This document shows, piece by piece, positions 40,379 to 53,387 of a stretch of 64,000 bases of DNA. Numbering within the stretch: the stretch's first letter is position 1; the number at the start of each line of letters is the position of its first letter. A program made the translations under genes and the position numbers. Below the pieces are notes generated by a model. The model did not search any database and was not told the origin of the DNA. It was given only the letters and a program-made list of their open reading frames with translations. This DNA comes from Takakia lepidozioides (Eukaryota > Plantae > Bryophyta), in assembly GCA_030704615.1 (NCBI GenBank), contig CM060734.1:53816001-53880000 (forward strand), given 5' to 3'.

Positions 40379-43300
40379 TCACTGGTCCCCTGGATCCATA
40401 TTCAGAAGAGTGTGAACCTCCTGGGGGCTCAACCCTGGTGCATGTATGAAGTGATGAGTTGTGGAATTACAACGGAGTCTCTTTAGGTACACGTAGTACA
40501 AATGCTTGCAAGGGCAGTATGATGCCCCCTTGTTCGCCATGATCTGGAAGTCGGTGCAATTGCAGGTGGGTAATTCTGAAATGGTGATGGTGTACACCTC
40601 ATTGCGAACAGCTGAGCCCGCCGTGGCCATCTGATACACACGCCCGAAGCCTGGTGGGGGCACTTCTGTCGAGCTCTGGATTGTACAGTTCATCCGAAGT
40701 GCATTCCCCATCCTTGTCTCGTTCACTTTTGAGGGAGGTCGCCGCCTCTTCGGTTTCCCCCAACGGTGTGTAGGATGCTTAGAGCTGTCGTGTCCCATTG
40801 TTCTTGCTCTCACAGGGGTCGGTGGTGGAGGCTGTGGAAGCGAAAATGGTTCTCTGGGGACATCAGTGCGCTGCACCATCCGAAATCCTGCGGCGGTAAG
40901 GGCGTCGGCCTCAACTTGACTCAGATCGCAGCCTGGTTCCACCGGCCACACCGGGGGAGCCTCTGGCATTGTTTGTATGCCGTACTTGGGCTTTCCATAC
41001 ACGCAAGTCATAATGTCGTGCCTGTAGAACCAGAACTGGGTGGTTGTCGCCTCCGCAAACTTTGCATGGACAAATCTTCCTGTAAAAGTAGGAGCAGGGA
41101 CAGCCCCATCTGGATTCCTCCTTATCATCTCTAAACAACGTTGCCGTGTATCCACACGAATTGCGGAACACCTTCCTCGAAACGACGGCTATGTGCGAGC
41201 AATTCTCCACTGTGATGCAGACGCAGTCGTCTCCACAATGGCTTGGCCATACTGCATAACAGCAGGCGGAATGTGGGGCAAGGGAGCGGTGGGAAATTTT
41301 TGCACGAAATCCCCGGTTGAAGGCGACGGCGATCTGGAATTTCTTGGGCTTCCACTGCTGGAAGACACATTGTGCGGCAACATGACGGGACCTCGAGGTG
41401 CTGTCCGAATGTTCCTGTCGGATCTCCAGGAATCCTCTTCGCACCCGGGTTCCTCTTCAATCCTCCGCCTGACAGGGCGAGTCCGGACGTCCCCCTCTAG
41501 GTGTTCACCTCTGCGGTGCAGAGGCGTCCCTTTGATCTTCTCTCGCAATGCTGTCGCCCATTTCACTGGATTCTTGGACCTTGAAGCTGTTCGTACCAAC
41601 AATTCCTCCCTGTCCGGCCCAAAGCCCCATTGTTTGCCGCTCAGGAACTTGTAGTACGTGGCTTGCTGCATGATTGCTCTGTCGATGTCCTCCGTTGTGG
41701 CCGTCACTACGTCCACCAGATGTGCGGCAGAAGACGCTCGCCAGGAGGAGTGGACCGATTCTGCCATATTCATGTTCGGCATGTCCGTGTCGGAATCCAA
41801 GCACCGCTCCTAGAAGGACACAAACAATGGTGAGGGACCAATCGAAATGTCCGTAACATAAAGACAAATGAACGAAATTGACAGCAGGCTACCTCCCGCA
41901 TGTACTGTCCGAACTGTCGATACCGAAAATGCCACCACCCCAACCAGCTGTGCAATGCTCCCAGATTGGTTGTCTCCACTACACCTGACGTGTTCCACCA
42001 AGCCTCGATGATAGCAAACTTAACCTCCGCGTCATCAAATGTGGGTGCATCCTTCCACGCCGTACAAAGGACACGGTGTTCAGCCTGGAATGAGCTAGCA
42101 ACAAATTTGGTAGTGTAGTGGGATAGACTCTGCATCTAATGGAATCCACAGGATCTCTCTTTCCCCTCCATTGGAACATTGGGGTCCTCACCGTACACAC
42201 GCCGCACCGCTGCCCAGTTGGCCTGAGCGTTGTCTGCCATGAATCCCCTGAAATTGGGCTCTGGCAATCCCGCCCTTGCCATCTGCTCGTTTATGCCCTC
42301 CCACAGGTGCATTTCGGACTGTGTGTCCTCCCCTTTCATCTCGCAGATTGCAATCGTCATGAGCCTCTTGGAGTGATAGTCATAAACATGCGCACCTATA
42401 GTCACCCACTGATGGTTTGTAATTCGCTTGATGTGATCAAACATCACCCAAGCATTCGACAAGTTTCCAGTTGTCATGCAAGTGACCAAGTCGACTCCAC
42501 TCCCAGGCCCACACGTCGACATTTTGAAAATGTAACAACGATCGGATTCGTTGCCTTGCCCTGGAAACCTGCTACCTTGGATGTAGTCATATCCAGTCAT
42601 TCGTTTCACCTCCAGGATTGAGTACATGTCCGACCCCCTGCCGAACTCCTGCTTGCAAGATACGATGTGATTCCGCACATTCGGACTACAAACGTGCGAG
42701 ACGGACTCCAAGAGGTCACGCATCTCGTCTTTGGTCAAGGGCTCTCGGTCGGAAACCATCTTCAGACATGATTTTGCCAAGAGCAATCTTGTGGGCTGCC
42801 TTCAGCTAAATCTGCTTTGGTCTGGCTCCGGGGCTCAATTTCACCTCCTCTTTTATGATGTCGTGTGCTTCCTACACAGCCTCACGCATGTTGCCTCTCG
42901 CCAAGGGGTGGCAGTGGACCCCAACGTGTATGCAAGCTCTAGTCAAGTCCGGGAGCAAATGGATTACGTAATATTGCTTGGCTCTGCACATGGACATGCA
43001 CGTCGGTGGTTCTTTGCAATGTGCACACTTGAAAGAACCCGCAGGAGCTTGGCTGGAGACAATGAATGGATGATGCGTTGTGCCAGTCCAATCCGTCTCG
43101 TTTCTCCGCCCTCCTTTGGAGAGAAAGTGGAAGCAGGTGGGCTTGAGGCACCTCAGCTTCCCCGCACAGAGGACATATCGTACACGAACACCATCAGCAA
43201 TTTTCGTGCTACTGGTCTTCGTCACACACCAGGGGTGTCCGTCATGCTTTCGATCCATGTCTGTTAACATCCCGGAGGCTTTGTTTGACGAAGAAACAGG

Positions 43301-44098
43301 TGGAAACTCGAAGATGACATTGCCATCGACTTCGGGAGGCAGAAAAGTTACCATTCTGACTGGGAATTTGGCATAGTCGAGAGCAGCCAGCTCGGAGCGA
43401 GAACCATCGAGGTGATGTTGTCGTAGGAGCTGCACAATGGACCGGGTTGGAGTTATGCTCGAGGGCACATTCGTAGCACCGACAGAGACGTCCATGCCGG
43501 ATTTGAACGACCGTGTGGAGGACATGGGTACCTCAATGCAATCATCTTCCTTGTCGGAAATGTCGAATACGTCCACACGAGAAGCTATGGAGGGTCTTGA
43601 CGGTCCAGGTCGGGAATGATTATCGTTGCATACCTCTCTGTTGGCAGTGGCCGCCTCTCGGTTTCCGGACTCCTTTGTGGATGGTGTGGGCAGCGACTGA
43701 TTCGGAAAGGGAATGGGCATTCCCACAGCTCGGTACAGGATGGTGTCTGACGGGGGAACGTGCCATTCGATTCCGCAACCTCCGTCGTTACCTAGCACGA
43801 CAATGGTCTCGTCAACCTGTCCAGGAACATCCTTCCTTTCTTCTTCCAAATAAACTGTGCCCGGTTTGAGCTTGAATTTGGAACAAAGGTAAGTTTCAGT
43901 CACTCTGCAAAGTCCTCCCTCGTTTGGGATCCAGGCTCTCCCAAGTTGCGGAGGACAGCAAACTATAGCGTAGGAATTCGGAGCCATCGAACACCGCACG
44001 GAGTTGGCAAGTGCGAGGTTCAGTATAGCGACAGACCAAGGCTCACAGGCACATCTAAGTGGATCTGCGGAGTCCATCGACGATTGGAAGTCGCACAT
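40379..44098 (-). pseudogene. MULE-type transposase with WRKY/GCM1-like Zn domain and C-terminal SWIM finger
   Basis: CAGKLRC...C, HVGVHCHP; VMFDHIKR; FRGFMADNAQANWAAVRRVYG...CGFH; SWIM CNCTDF...CPCKHLYYV. Several in-frame TAG stops and frameshifts. Confidence 0.78.
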
Positions 44099-44414
44099 TG
44101 AAGTGGAAAGTATTGTTTCAAGCTACATGCATGAAGTTGGGAGGTTTGATTCCATAGCCAGTAAGTATGACAATGATGGCCGATTCGGCGACGAAATAAC
44201 ATCTCCTGACAGTTTCTCCTGAGGGTGGATCCAGCAGTATTCTCGGTGCAGACAGGAACGTTCGCACTGACAAGTGCCAGTACTGTTAGTTAAAACGGTC
44301 AGACAACCAAGTTGTGCTCATCAAGACTGGCCGCAATTGTGTTGTTTCGGAACAATGCAACCCATTCAGGTTCCAGATTTCCCGTCCCGAGTGATTCTTT
44401 CGATTGCTGGTGGA

Positions 44415-46170
44415 CGGAAATACGGCGCCGCATTTCCGTATTGCATCTTGGTCATGCACCAAAGCGACGGAAATGCGGCACCGAGTTTCCGTCCGGAGGA
44501 AACCTTTATACTCTCCAGAACGGAAATGCTGTAACGCATTTCCATCTAGCAAGCACTGTATGTGAAGGTGGAACGGAAATGCGGTACCGCATTTCCGTTC
44601 TGATTGAGATTTATGAACAACGGGAACAGAAATGCGGCACCGCATTTCCGTCCGAGTCGCACTTTTCCGACATTCCATAACGGAAATGCGGCGCCGCATT
44701 TCCATTTTGTATCTGATGCATGGAGCTGAGGGATAGAAATGTTGCAGCACATTTCCGTCCTTAAAAGACATTCATACTCTCCATAACGGAAATGCGGTAC
44801 CGCATTTCCATCCACCAAGCACGGTATGTGAAGGTGGAACAAAAATGCGGTACCGCATTTCCGTTCTGATTGAGAATTATGAACAATGGGAACAGAAATG
44901 CGGCACCGCATTTCTGTCCGAGTCACACTTTCCGACATTCCAGAACGGAAATGCGGCGCCGCATTTCCATTTTGTATGTGATGCATGGAGCCGAGTGCGA
45001 TTCCGACAGCTTCATACAGCGCAATTCCGACCGCTTGAGACATTCATACTATCCAGAACGGAAATGCGGTACCGCATTTCCGTTCTGACTGAAAATCGTG
45101 AACCATCTGAACTGAAATGCGGCAGCGTATTTCCATCCGAGTCGCACCTACCAACATTCCAGAACGGAAATGCGGTACCGCATTTCCGTTCTGACTGAAA
45201 ATCGTGAACCATCGGAACTGAAATGCGGCAACGCATTTCCATCCGAGTCGCACCTCCAACATTCCAGAACGGAATGTATTAGATTCAAAAGGAAATGCGG
45301 CACCGCATTTCCGTTCTGATGAAATATCCTGAAACATCGGAACTGAAATGCGGTACCGCATTTCCGTCGGAGTCGCACCTTCCGACATTCCAAAACGGAA
45401 ATGCGGCGCCGCATTTCCGTTTTGTATGTGAGGCATGGAGCTGTGGAACGAAAATGCGGCACAGCATTTCCGCTTGCGTCAGACGTTAATACTCTACAGA
45501 ACGGAAATGCGGTACCGCATTTCCGTTCTGACTGAAAATCGTGCGCAACGGGAACAGAAATGCGGCACCGCATTTCCGTCCGAGTCGCACCTTCCGACAT
45601 TCTAGAACGGAAATGCGGCGCCGCATTTCCGTTTTCTATATGGGGCCTGGAGCTGTGCTACGGAAATGTGTTGCCGCATTCCATCCATTTGAGACCTTCA
45701 AACTTTCGAGACCGGAAATGCGGCACCGCATTTCTGTCCAGGTGAGACCTCTATACTTTCCCGAACGGAAATGTGGCACGGCATTTCCATTCATCAACTA
45801 ACGTATGTGAAGGGGAACGGAAATGCGGTACCGCATTTCCGTTCACATTGAAAATCATGAACCACGGGAACTGAAATGCTGTGCCTCATTCCCGTCCAAA
45901 TCGCACCTTTTGACAATCCAGAACGGAAATGCGGCGCCGCATTTCCCTTTTGAATCTCATACATGGAGCTGTGGGACGGAAATGCGGCACCGTATTTCCG
46001 TTTAACAACTAAGGTATGTGAAGGTGGAACGGAAATGCGGTGCCGCATTTTCTTCCAACAAGTACGGATGTGTAGCTTCGTGATGGTACTTAACGGAAAT
46101 GCGGCGCCGCATTCGCATTTTCGCTCCAACTCATCAGACGCTGGGACGGAAATGCCTTGAAATGTGAACA
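44415..46170. repeat. Array of ~30 palindromes GGAAATGCGGNNCCGCATTTCC at ~53-bp period
   Basis: Directly visible; the ~31-bp spacers recur in higher-order units. Confidence 0.92.
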
Positions 46171-49009
46171 CGTGGAGCAACGGAATTGCTGCACATGTCG
46201 GCACTCTATCTGACTGAAGGGGCATGAGGCGGCGCGGCCTGACCGTTGGATAATGATGTTTGTTTTTCGGACGGCAGGCGTACCCTGAACGATTCGAATT
46301 TTGTAATGACGCAAACTCCACGAGGAGACACTTTTGTCCAACCCTTTTGAACCCAAGTGGTGCATCACCGCCGTTTCATCTACTTTTGTCGTGTCTCCTC
46401 AGTCACCCCTCTCGCGCCCTTTCCATCTGCACTCTTTGGCCTTTTCCCTCTCTCTGTTCTTCTTATGCTCGAACCTGAGAGGGGGGGAGTTCGTGCACCA
46501 GACAGGAGACCTCATCGCAAGCTCCGGAAATTATACTTCGGACGTAGGCCAATGCCGAGGGGAGGAAGCAGATGCATCTACAGGAGGAGATTGCCATCTC
46601 CGAGCAGCAGGCCACTCAGGCAACCCAGCCACCAGTGAGAGCTCCATGCGATCGGGCTGCGCGCAGCTGATCGAGCACCGAACCCCCCATTTTGCTTCTG
46701 TAATTCTTAGACTGAATGCTAGGAGACTTGAATGCAGAACATGTTTGCATGCCTAACAGGAAAGGTGGACGTGCTGGAGGGATCGCAGGAATCCGAAGAG
46801 CCGCAGGAAGAGTCCGAGGAGCTAGCTGCAGCACGTACACCCACCCGATCCCCGAGCGCGGGTATTCCTGCCGGGCCTAGCCCTGTGCGATTCAAAGACG
46901 CGTCTTCGAAGGGTAAGTTCAAAGCCCCAGAGATCGACTCGCGTTCTTCGGTCATGGAGAATCGCCAGCAGGGGTCGGGCCCTTCTCCAGCAAAGTCGAA
47001 GAAGAAGCAACCCGTCCCTCTACTGGCTTCTGAACCGGCTCAGGCCGATTCACCCCCCCCAACGCGAATGAAGCAGCAGGGTAGAAGACAGATTCAATTG
47101 CAGCAGACACCTTCACCTGCAAGGATGAGGAAGCAGAAGGCAATCAGGGTGTCAAGTTATTTTACCACTAGTGTGAAACTAGCTAGGAAATAGCTAGCTT
47201 TTACATATTGACATTTGGGATTGGCCCAAGTGTCAATCCAGGGGTCAAAGCAGATTTAGGCCCTGGAGTGGTTATCTTCACGGCAAGCGCGGGAGGCTCA
47301 TCTTTCTCGAGTTGAGCCTCACCGCGCCTAGCTATGGCGCCGTAGTGTGGATTCCCCATGGCGTGGGGTGCACTTGGCTTGACTTGTATTTGAGTGATGA
47401 GGTTATATATATGCATGAGTTTATGCTTCAGCTTTGTGAGCTCGCATGAGCTCGTGCTTGTATTCTTCTTCTATATCACTCGAGAAAGATGAGCTCGTAT
47501 CTATGAGTGCTAGATACGAGTTAGTTGTAGCACTTGTGGTTTTTGCTTGAGAATGAGAGAAACCAAGTTGTTATGCAAGGAGCACCGTGGAGCTCTTGGT
47601 TGTTAGAAGCGGAGGCGATGTGGGTTACGAGGTGGTAAACCTTGGCATTCGATCTTCAGCTTCAGAGATGAAAGCACCATACTGTAGGTAATTCCAGAGC
47701 ACCTTGATGGTTTCAGATTGTGTACATGCATGAGCAAGCACGATTGGGAAGAGGACCAGTCAAGAGCAGGTTATAGTGGCTTTGGTGGCAAAGCTGAGAA
47801 CTGGACTTGGGAATGCGAGCTGTCATTGTGTGAAGGATTGCAAGACCAAGCGAAAGGGCTGATTTGGCTTGGGGCAAATCAGTGCACTTTGTGGAGTATG
47901 GTGAGATTGGGTTTCAATCTCGAGCTTCAGTATTGAGAGGGCTCTTGTCATGGCAAGAGCAGGGCTGGAACAGGAGCTAAGAGGTGCAGCAAGGCCATGG
48001 AATGTGCACCTAGGGTTTCAGAGCTTGGAAGAAGAGCTCTTGCACCACAAGAGAAGTGTCTTGTGGCTGGAAATGTAAGCCTTAGGGTTTCAGGAGCTTG
48101 GCAAGGGCTGTGGAGTGCTTAGTCTTGTCTTAGAGAGCATCAAGGAGCCAAGGAGCCAAGATAGGGGGCTGATATCTCTTGTGTGAAGAGGTTGCATGTG
48201 TGGAGCATGTATTCAGCTCATTGAAGCTTCCATCTTCAAGCTTGGAGGGCAAGCAAGGAAGAGGGAAGGGCTGACTTCCCTTATGTGAGGGCAATGTATG
48301 TGTGGAGCATGCTATCAGCCTGGTGAAGGCTTGCACTTTTAGGTGTGGGAGTGCAAGAAAGGAAGGAAGGGGCTGGTTTCCCTGTAGGGCATGTAGAGCA
48401 TGCTTTCAGCCTGCTGAAGCTTGTATTATCAGGTTTGTGGGTGCAAGAAATGAAGCAAAGGAGCTGATTCTCTTATGGTGAGAGTGGGGCATGTGTGGAG
48501 CATGCCTTCAGCCCATTGAGGCTCTTGTTTTCAAGCCTTAGAGAGCTAGAACGGAAGGTCTAGGGGTTTTCCACTTGGAGTGAAAGAACAGCACTTGTAG
48601 GGCCTATGTGAGTTGGGGTTTCAACTTCAAGCTTGAAGGGAGCGCAACTCTTGAAGCAACAGTGTAGAGGGCTGGAATAGGCTCTAAGACAGATGTTATG
48701 GCCAATGAGGGGAGTGCTTGAATGAGTGCTCTCACAAGGGCTGGGAACCAGCAGGGCTTGGTTGTTTGCCATTGAGTTTAGTGGCGTGTTTTGGGAGGCT
48801 AAGTGAGAAAGAAGGCTTGGTTTGTGGCAACCACCTCATGGCTTAGGGCTACTATGGTGGTGTGTGGGAGCCGAAAGAGCAAGGATACCTTGCTGATTTC
48901 CTCACAGCCACCATAGCTCGGTGAAAGAAGCCTAGAGTCCAAGAGACACAAACCCTAGCTTGGCGTGGCTAAACCCCTTGGAGAATGGCTAAACTGCCAG
49001 AGCGGCCAT

Positions 49010-50690
49010 GTGAGGGGCTGTGACAGGCCGTGCCTGAGGCCTTTGAGGCTGTGAGGGCTGTGAGGGGCTGTGACAGGCCGTGCCCTAGCCTTTGAGGCTG
49101 TGACGGGCTGTGATGGCTGTGGCAAGCTGTGACAGGCTGTGATGGGCTGTGATGGGCTGTGACAGGCTGTGCCAGTGGCCTGTGGGGCGTGTGACGGCTG
49201 TGACAGGCTGTGATGGGCTGTGATGGGCTGTGGCCCTGTGCCCTTGTGGGCTGTGACGGGCTGTGTCAGGCTGTGACAGGCTGTGTGCCCAGTGGCCTTT
49301 GGGGCTGTGACGGGCTGTGACAGGCTGTGCCTGAGGCCTTTGGGGCTGTGACGGGCTGTGAGGGGCTGGTGACAGGCTGTGCCCTGTGCCCTGTGGGCTG
49401 TGACGGGCTGTGTCAGGCTGTGGCGAGCTGTGACTGGCTTTGTGCGGGGCTGTGACAGGCTGTGCCCTGAGGCCTGTGGGGCTGTGACGGGCTGTGACAG
49501 GCTGTGGCGAGCTGTGACAGGCTGTGCCCATGCCTTTGGGGGCTGTGACGGCTGTGACAGGCTGGACAGGCTGTGCCCAGTGGCCTGTGGGGCTGTGACG
49601 GGCTGTGACAGGCTGTGGCAAGCTGTGACAGGCTGTGATGGGCTGTGATGGCTGTGACAGGCTGTGCCCTGTGCCCTGTGGGGCTGTGACGGGCTGTGAC
49701 AGGCTGTGCCCAGTGGCCTTTGGGGCTGTGACGGGCTGTGACAGGCCGTCCTGAGGCCTTTGGGGCTGTGACGGGCTGTGAGGGGCTGTGACAGGCTGTG
49801 CCTTGAGGCCTGTGGGGCCTGTGATGGGGCTGTGACAGGCTGTGGCGAGCTGTGACAGGCTGTGCCCATGGCCTTTGGGGCTGTGACGGGCTGTGACAGG
49901 CTGTGCCCAGTGGCCTGTGGGGCTGTGACGGGCTGTGACAGGCTGTTGCAAGCTGTGACAGGCTGTGATGGGCTGTGATGGGCTGTGACAGGGTGCCCTG
50001 TGCCCTGTGGGGCTGTGACGGGCTGTGACAGGCTGTGCCCAGTGGCCTTTGGGGCTGTGACGGGCTGTGACAGGCCGTGCTGAGGCCTTTGGGGCTGTGA
50101 CGGGCTGTGAGGGGCTGTGACAGGCTGTGCCCTGTGCCCTGTGGGGCTGTGACGGGCTGTGACAGGCTGTGGCAAGCTGTGACCGGCTGTGATGGGCTGT
50201 GATGGGCTGTGACAGGCTGTGCCCTGTGCCCTGTGGGGCTGTGACGGGCTGTGTCAGGCTGTGACAGGCTGTGCCCAGTGGCCTTTGGGGGGCTGTGACG
50301 GGCTGTGCGGGGCTGTGACAGCTGCGCCCTGAGGCCTATGGGGCTTTGACGGCTGCTGTGACAGGCTGTGGCGAGCTGTGACAGGCTGTGCCCATGGCCT
50401 TTGGGGCTGTGAGGGGCTGTGAGGGGCTGTGACAGGCCGTGCCTGAGGCCTTTGGGGCTGTGACGGCTGTGAGGGGCTGTGACAGCCGTGCCCATGGCCT
50501 TGGGGCTGTGACGGGCTGTGAGGGGCTGTGACAGGCCGTGCCTGAGGCCTTTGCTTTTTGAGGGGTTGTGAGGGGCTGTGACAGGCCGTGCCTGAGGCCT
50601 TTGAGGCTGTGACAGGCTGTGAGGGGCTGCGACAGGCTGTGCCCAGTGGCCTGTGGGACTGTGACGGCTGTGACCAGTGAGCTGTGTGGG
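49010..50690. repeat. 1.7-kb GGCTGTGAC minisatellite
   Basis: Direct tandem repetition of 9-10-bp units with higher-order blocks. Confidence 0.95.
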
Positions 50691-50781
50691 CCTGTGCTGG
50701 TATGTGGTAGCCCGTGTTGACCTGTGGATGGCCTGTGCTGACTCGTGGAGGCACTGGTGGACTGCCTAAGGACTGGCATGT

Positions 50782-51281
50782 NNNNNNNNNNNNNNNNNNN
50801 NNNNNNNNNNNNNNNNNNNNNNNNNNNNNNNNNNNNNNNNNNNNNNNNNNNNNNNNNNNNNNNNNNNNNNNNNNNNNNNNNNNNNNNNNNNNNNNNNNNN
50901 NNNNNNNNNNNNNNNNNNNNNNNNNNNNNNNNNNNNNNNNNNNNNNNNNNNNNNNNNNNNNNNNNNNNNNNNNNNNNNNNNNNNNNNNNNNNNNNNNNNN
51001 NNNNNNNNNNNNNNNNNNNNNNNNNNNNNNNNNNNNNNNNNNNNNNNNNNNNNNNNNNNNNNNNNNNNNNNNNNNNNNNNNNNNNNNNNNNNNNNNNNNN
51101 NNNNNNNNNNNNNNNNNNNNNNNNNNNNNNNNNNNNNNNNNNNNNNNNNNNNNNNNNNNNNNNNNNNNNNNNNNNNNNNNNNNNNNNNNNNNNNNNNNNN
51201 NNNNNNNNNNNNNNNNNNNNNNNNNNNNNNNNNNNNNNNNNNNNNNNNNNNNNNNNNNNNNNNNNNNNNNNNNNNNNNNNN
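50782..51281. other. Assembly gap (500 N)
   Basis: Run of N. Confidence 1.
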
Positions 51282-53387
51282 CCAGGAGTGGCAGTGGGAA
51301 GATGAGCAGGAACGAGCTTTTCAAGAGCTCAAGGCGAGGTTGACCTCGGCGCCTATCTTGAGACGACCTATCAGGGGGCGTCCCTTCAGCTGCATACGGA
51401 TTGGAGCATGCTGGGGCTTGGAGCGGTGCTCACACAGGTGGATGATGAGGGAAGAGAGTTCGTAGTGGCTTACGCTAGCCGCTCGAACAACGCTGCAGAG
51501 GCTAAGTACAGCTCATATGAGGGAGAGTGCTTAGCTGCAGTGTGGGCCGTGGCACACTTCAGGTGCTATCTATACGGCAATCTTTTCACCCTTGTCACGG
51601 ATCACCAGCCACTCAAGTGGTTGATGGAGTCAGACAAGCTTACAGGGAAGCTTGCACGGTGGGCACTTATACTCCAGGAGTATGACTTTCAGGTTGTGCA
51701 TCGACCGGGTTTGGTCAATCGGGATGCGGATGGATTGAGTCGCAATCCATGCATGAGCCAGCAGGATGACACTGGAGCTCGGTGGCATGGTGAGACGGAC
51801 GAGGAGATGGTGCCGGGATGGCACGCATCTGCATTTTTGTGTATCTTGGCATCGGGAGGTCAGATTGGACCTACAACAGGGATGACTGTAGACGGAGTGT
51901 CTGAGGACCCTGAGGCTAGTGATGAGCTAGGTGGTGCCAGAGATATACATGAGGATTCGGCTGTGTGTTGGACTACCTCCGCACGGGAGACACGGCAGCC
52001 ATTGTGACTGCCAGGGAGAGGGATCGGATCCTGCAACGAGCCAAGAGGTTCAAGTGGGAGGGGATACACCTACTTCGAGTGTGGGAGGTGGTCGGGTGAG
52101 GATTGTGCCTCACCCCACACAGCGTGCACGGTTAGTGCGGCATGCCCATGAGGAGTTGGGCATTTTGGAGTGCGACGCACTCACAGTTTACTGCAGGGGC
52201 AGTATTGGTGGCGTGGTATGCATACAGAGGTGCAACAGTTTGTGGCTAGGTGCATGGTGTGTGACAGGGTGCGTGCTTCGTTTAACGCCCCTACACCACA
52301 GTTGCATCCTTTACCTATCATGGGATTGGGCTACAGATGGAGTCTTGACTTCGCAGGACCGTTGCCACTGACTATGCGCCACCACAGATATGTGTTGGTG
52401 ATGGTGGAGCACTTCTCCAAGTGGATTGAGTTGGTTCCATTGCCTGACAAGGCTAGTGAGGGGGCTGCGTATGCATTCTTGGATCGTGTGCTTAGCCGAT
52501 TTGGTGCTCCAGCTGAGGTACTCACGGACCAAGGGAGAGAGTTCTTGGGGGAGTTTCAGGCTTTGTGTGATAAAGCCTTGATCGACCACCGCACCACTTC
52601 TCGGGATCATCCTGAGGCCGATGGCTTAGCAGAGAGAGTTGTTCAGACGGTGAAGAGGGGTTTGCGCAAGTATGGCTTGCAGAAGGGACACTTAGGAGAT
52701 TGGGATCTTCAGGTTCCTTGGTTAGCCATGGGCTACAGGTTCAGCAAACAAGCATCACTTGCCTCCTTCTCACCATATTTCCTTCTCTTTGGCCGAGAGC
52801 CGGATTTGCCTGCAGCCATTCGTAGGGACACTGCTCAAGTCCTTAACCTTGACGATCCGGACGTGTGGGTACGTGCATATGATCAGCGTGCAGAGTTGTT
52901 CAAGAAAGTCATGCCCATGGCTTTTGAGAACCTTGCCATTGCACAGCACCGTGATACGTTGAGGTATGCCACTATACGTGGTGGAGGATATCGTCCTGGG
53001 GTTCGGAGGTTTAGCCCTGGTGACTATGTTTATTTGCAGCAGACTGCTCCTACGACTCTGGATGTTACTGCAGGGCGTGTTATTCTGAGGGTTCGAGAGG
53101 TGTTGCCCTCAGGGGTCCTGATCTTGGAGGGTCGGGATGGCATGACTTGGAAGGACCATGTGCGTAATTGTGCGCCATGTCACCTTCCCAATGTCGATGG
53201 CAGAGTTGACCCAAACTTGGCAGTGGTACCTGCAGGTTTGAGGTGCATGCTCTGTGGGTCTGCCAAAGGGGCAGCCACCATGCTGGTGTGTGATCGATGC
53301 TCAAGGGGTTGGCATATGGGATGCTTGACACCACCTCTTGAGAAGGTTCCTGACAGAGATTGGTTGTGTCCACACTGTTTGGGATAG
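51282..53387 (+). CDS. Gypsy pol 3' part: RNase H, integrase, C-terminal PHD finger (a few frameshifts)
   Basis: VVAYASR...YSSYEGECLA, TDHQPL; HHCC (AHEELG..CMVC); LDFAGP, TDQGREF, GLAER; CMLC...CDRCSRGWHMGCLTPPL...WLCPHC. Confidence 0.9.

Noticed and set aside
44415-46170. CRISPR-like array (22-bp palindromic repeat + ~31-bp spacers)
   Set aside because: Spacers are reiterated rather than unique, there are no cas genes, and the context is a eukaryotic TE.
48955-50779. Long Pro/Ser/Thr/His-rich ORFs
   Set aside because: Products of a stop-poor minisatellite open in several frames.
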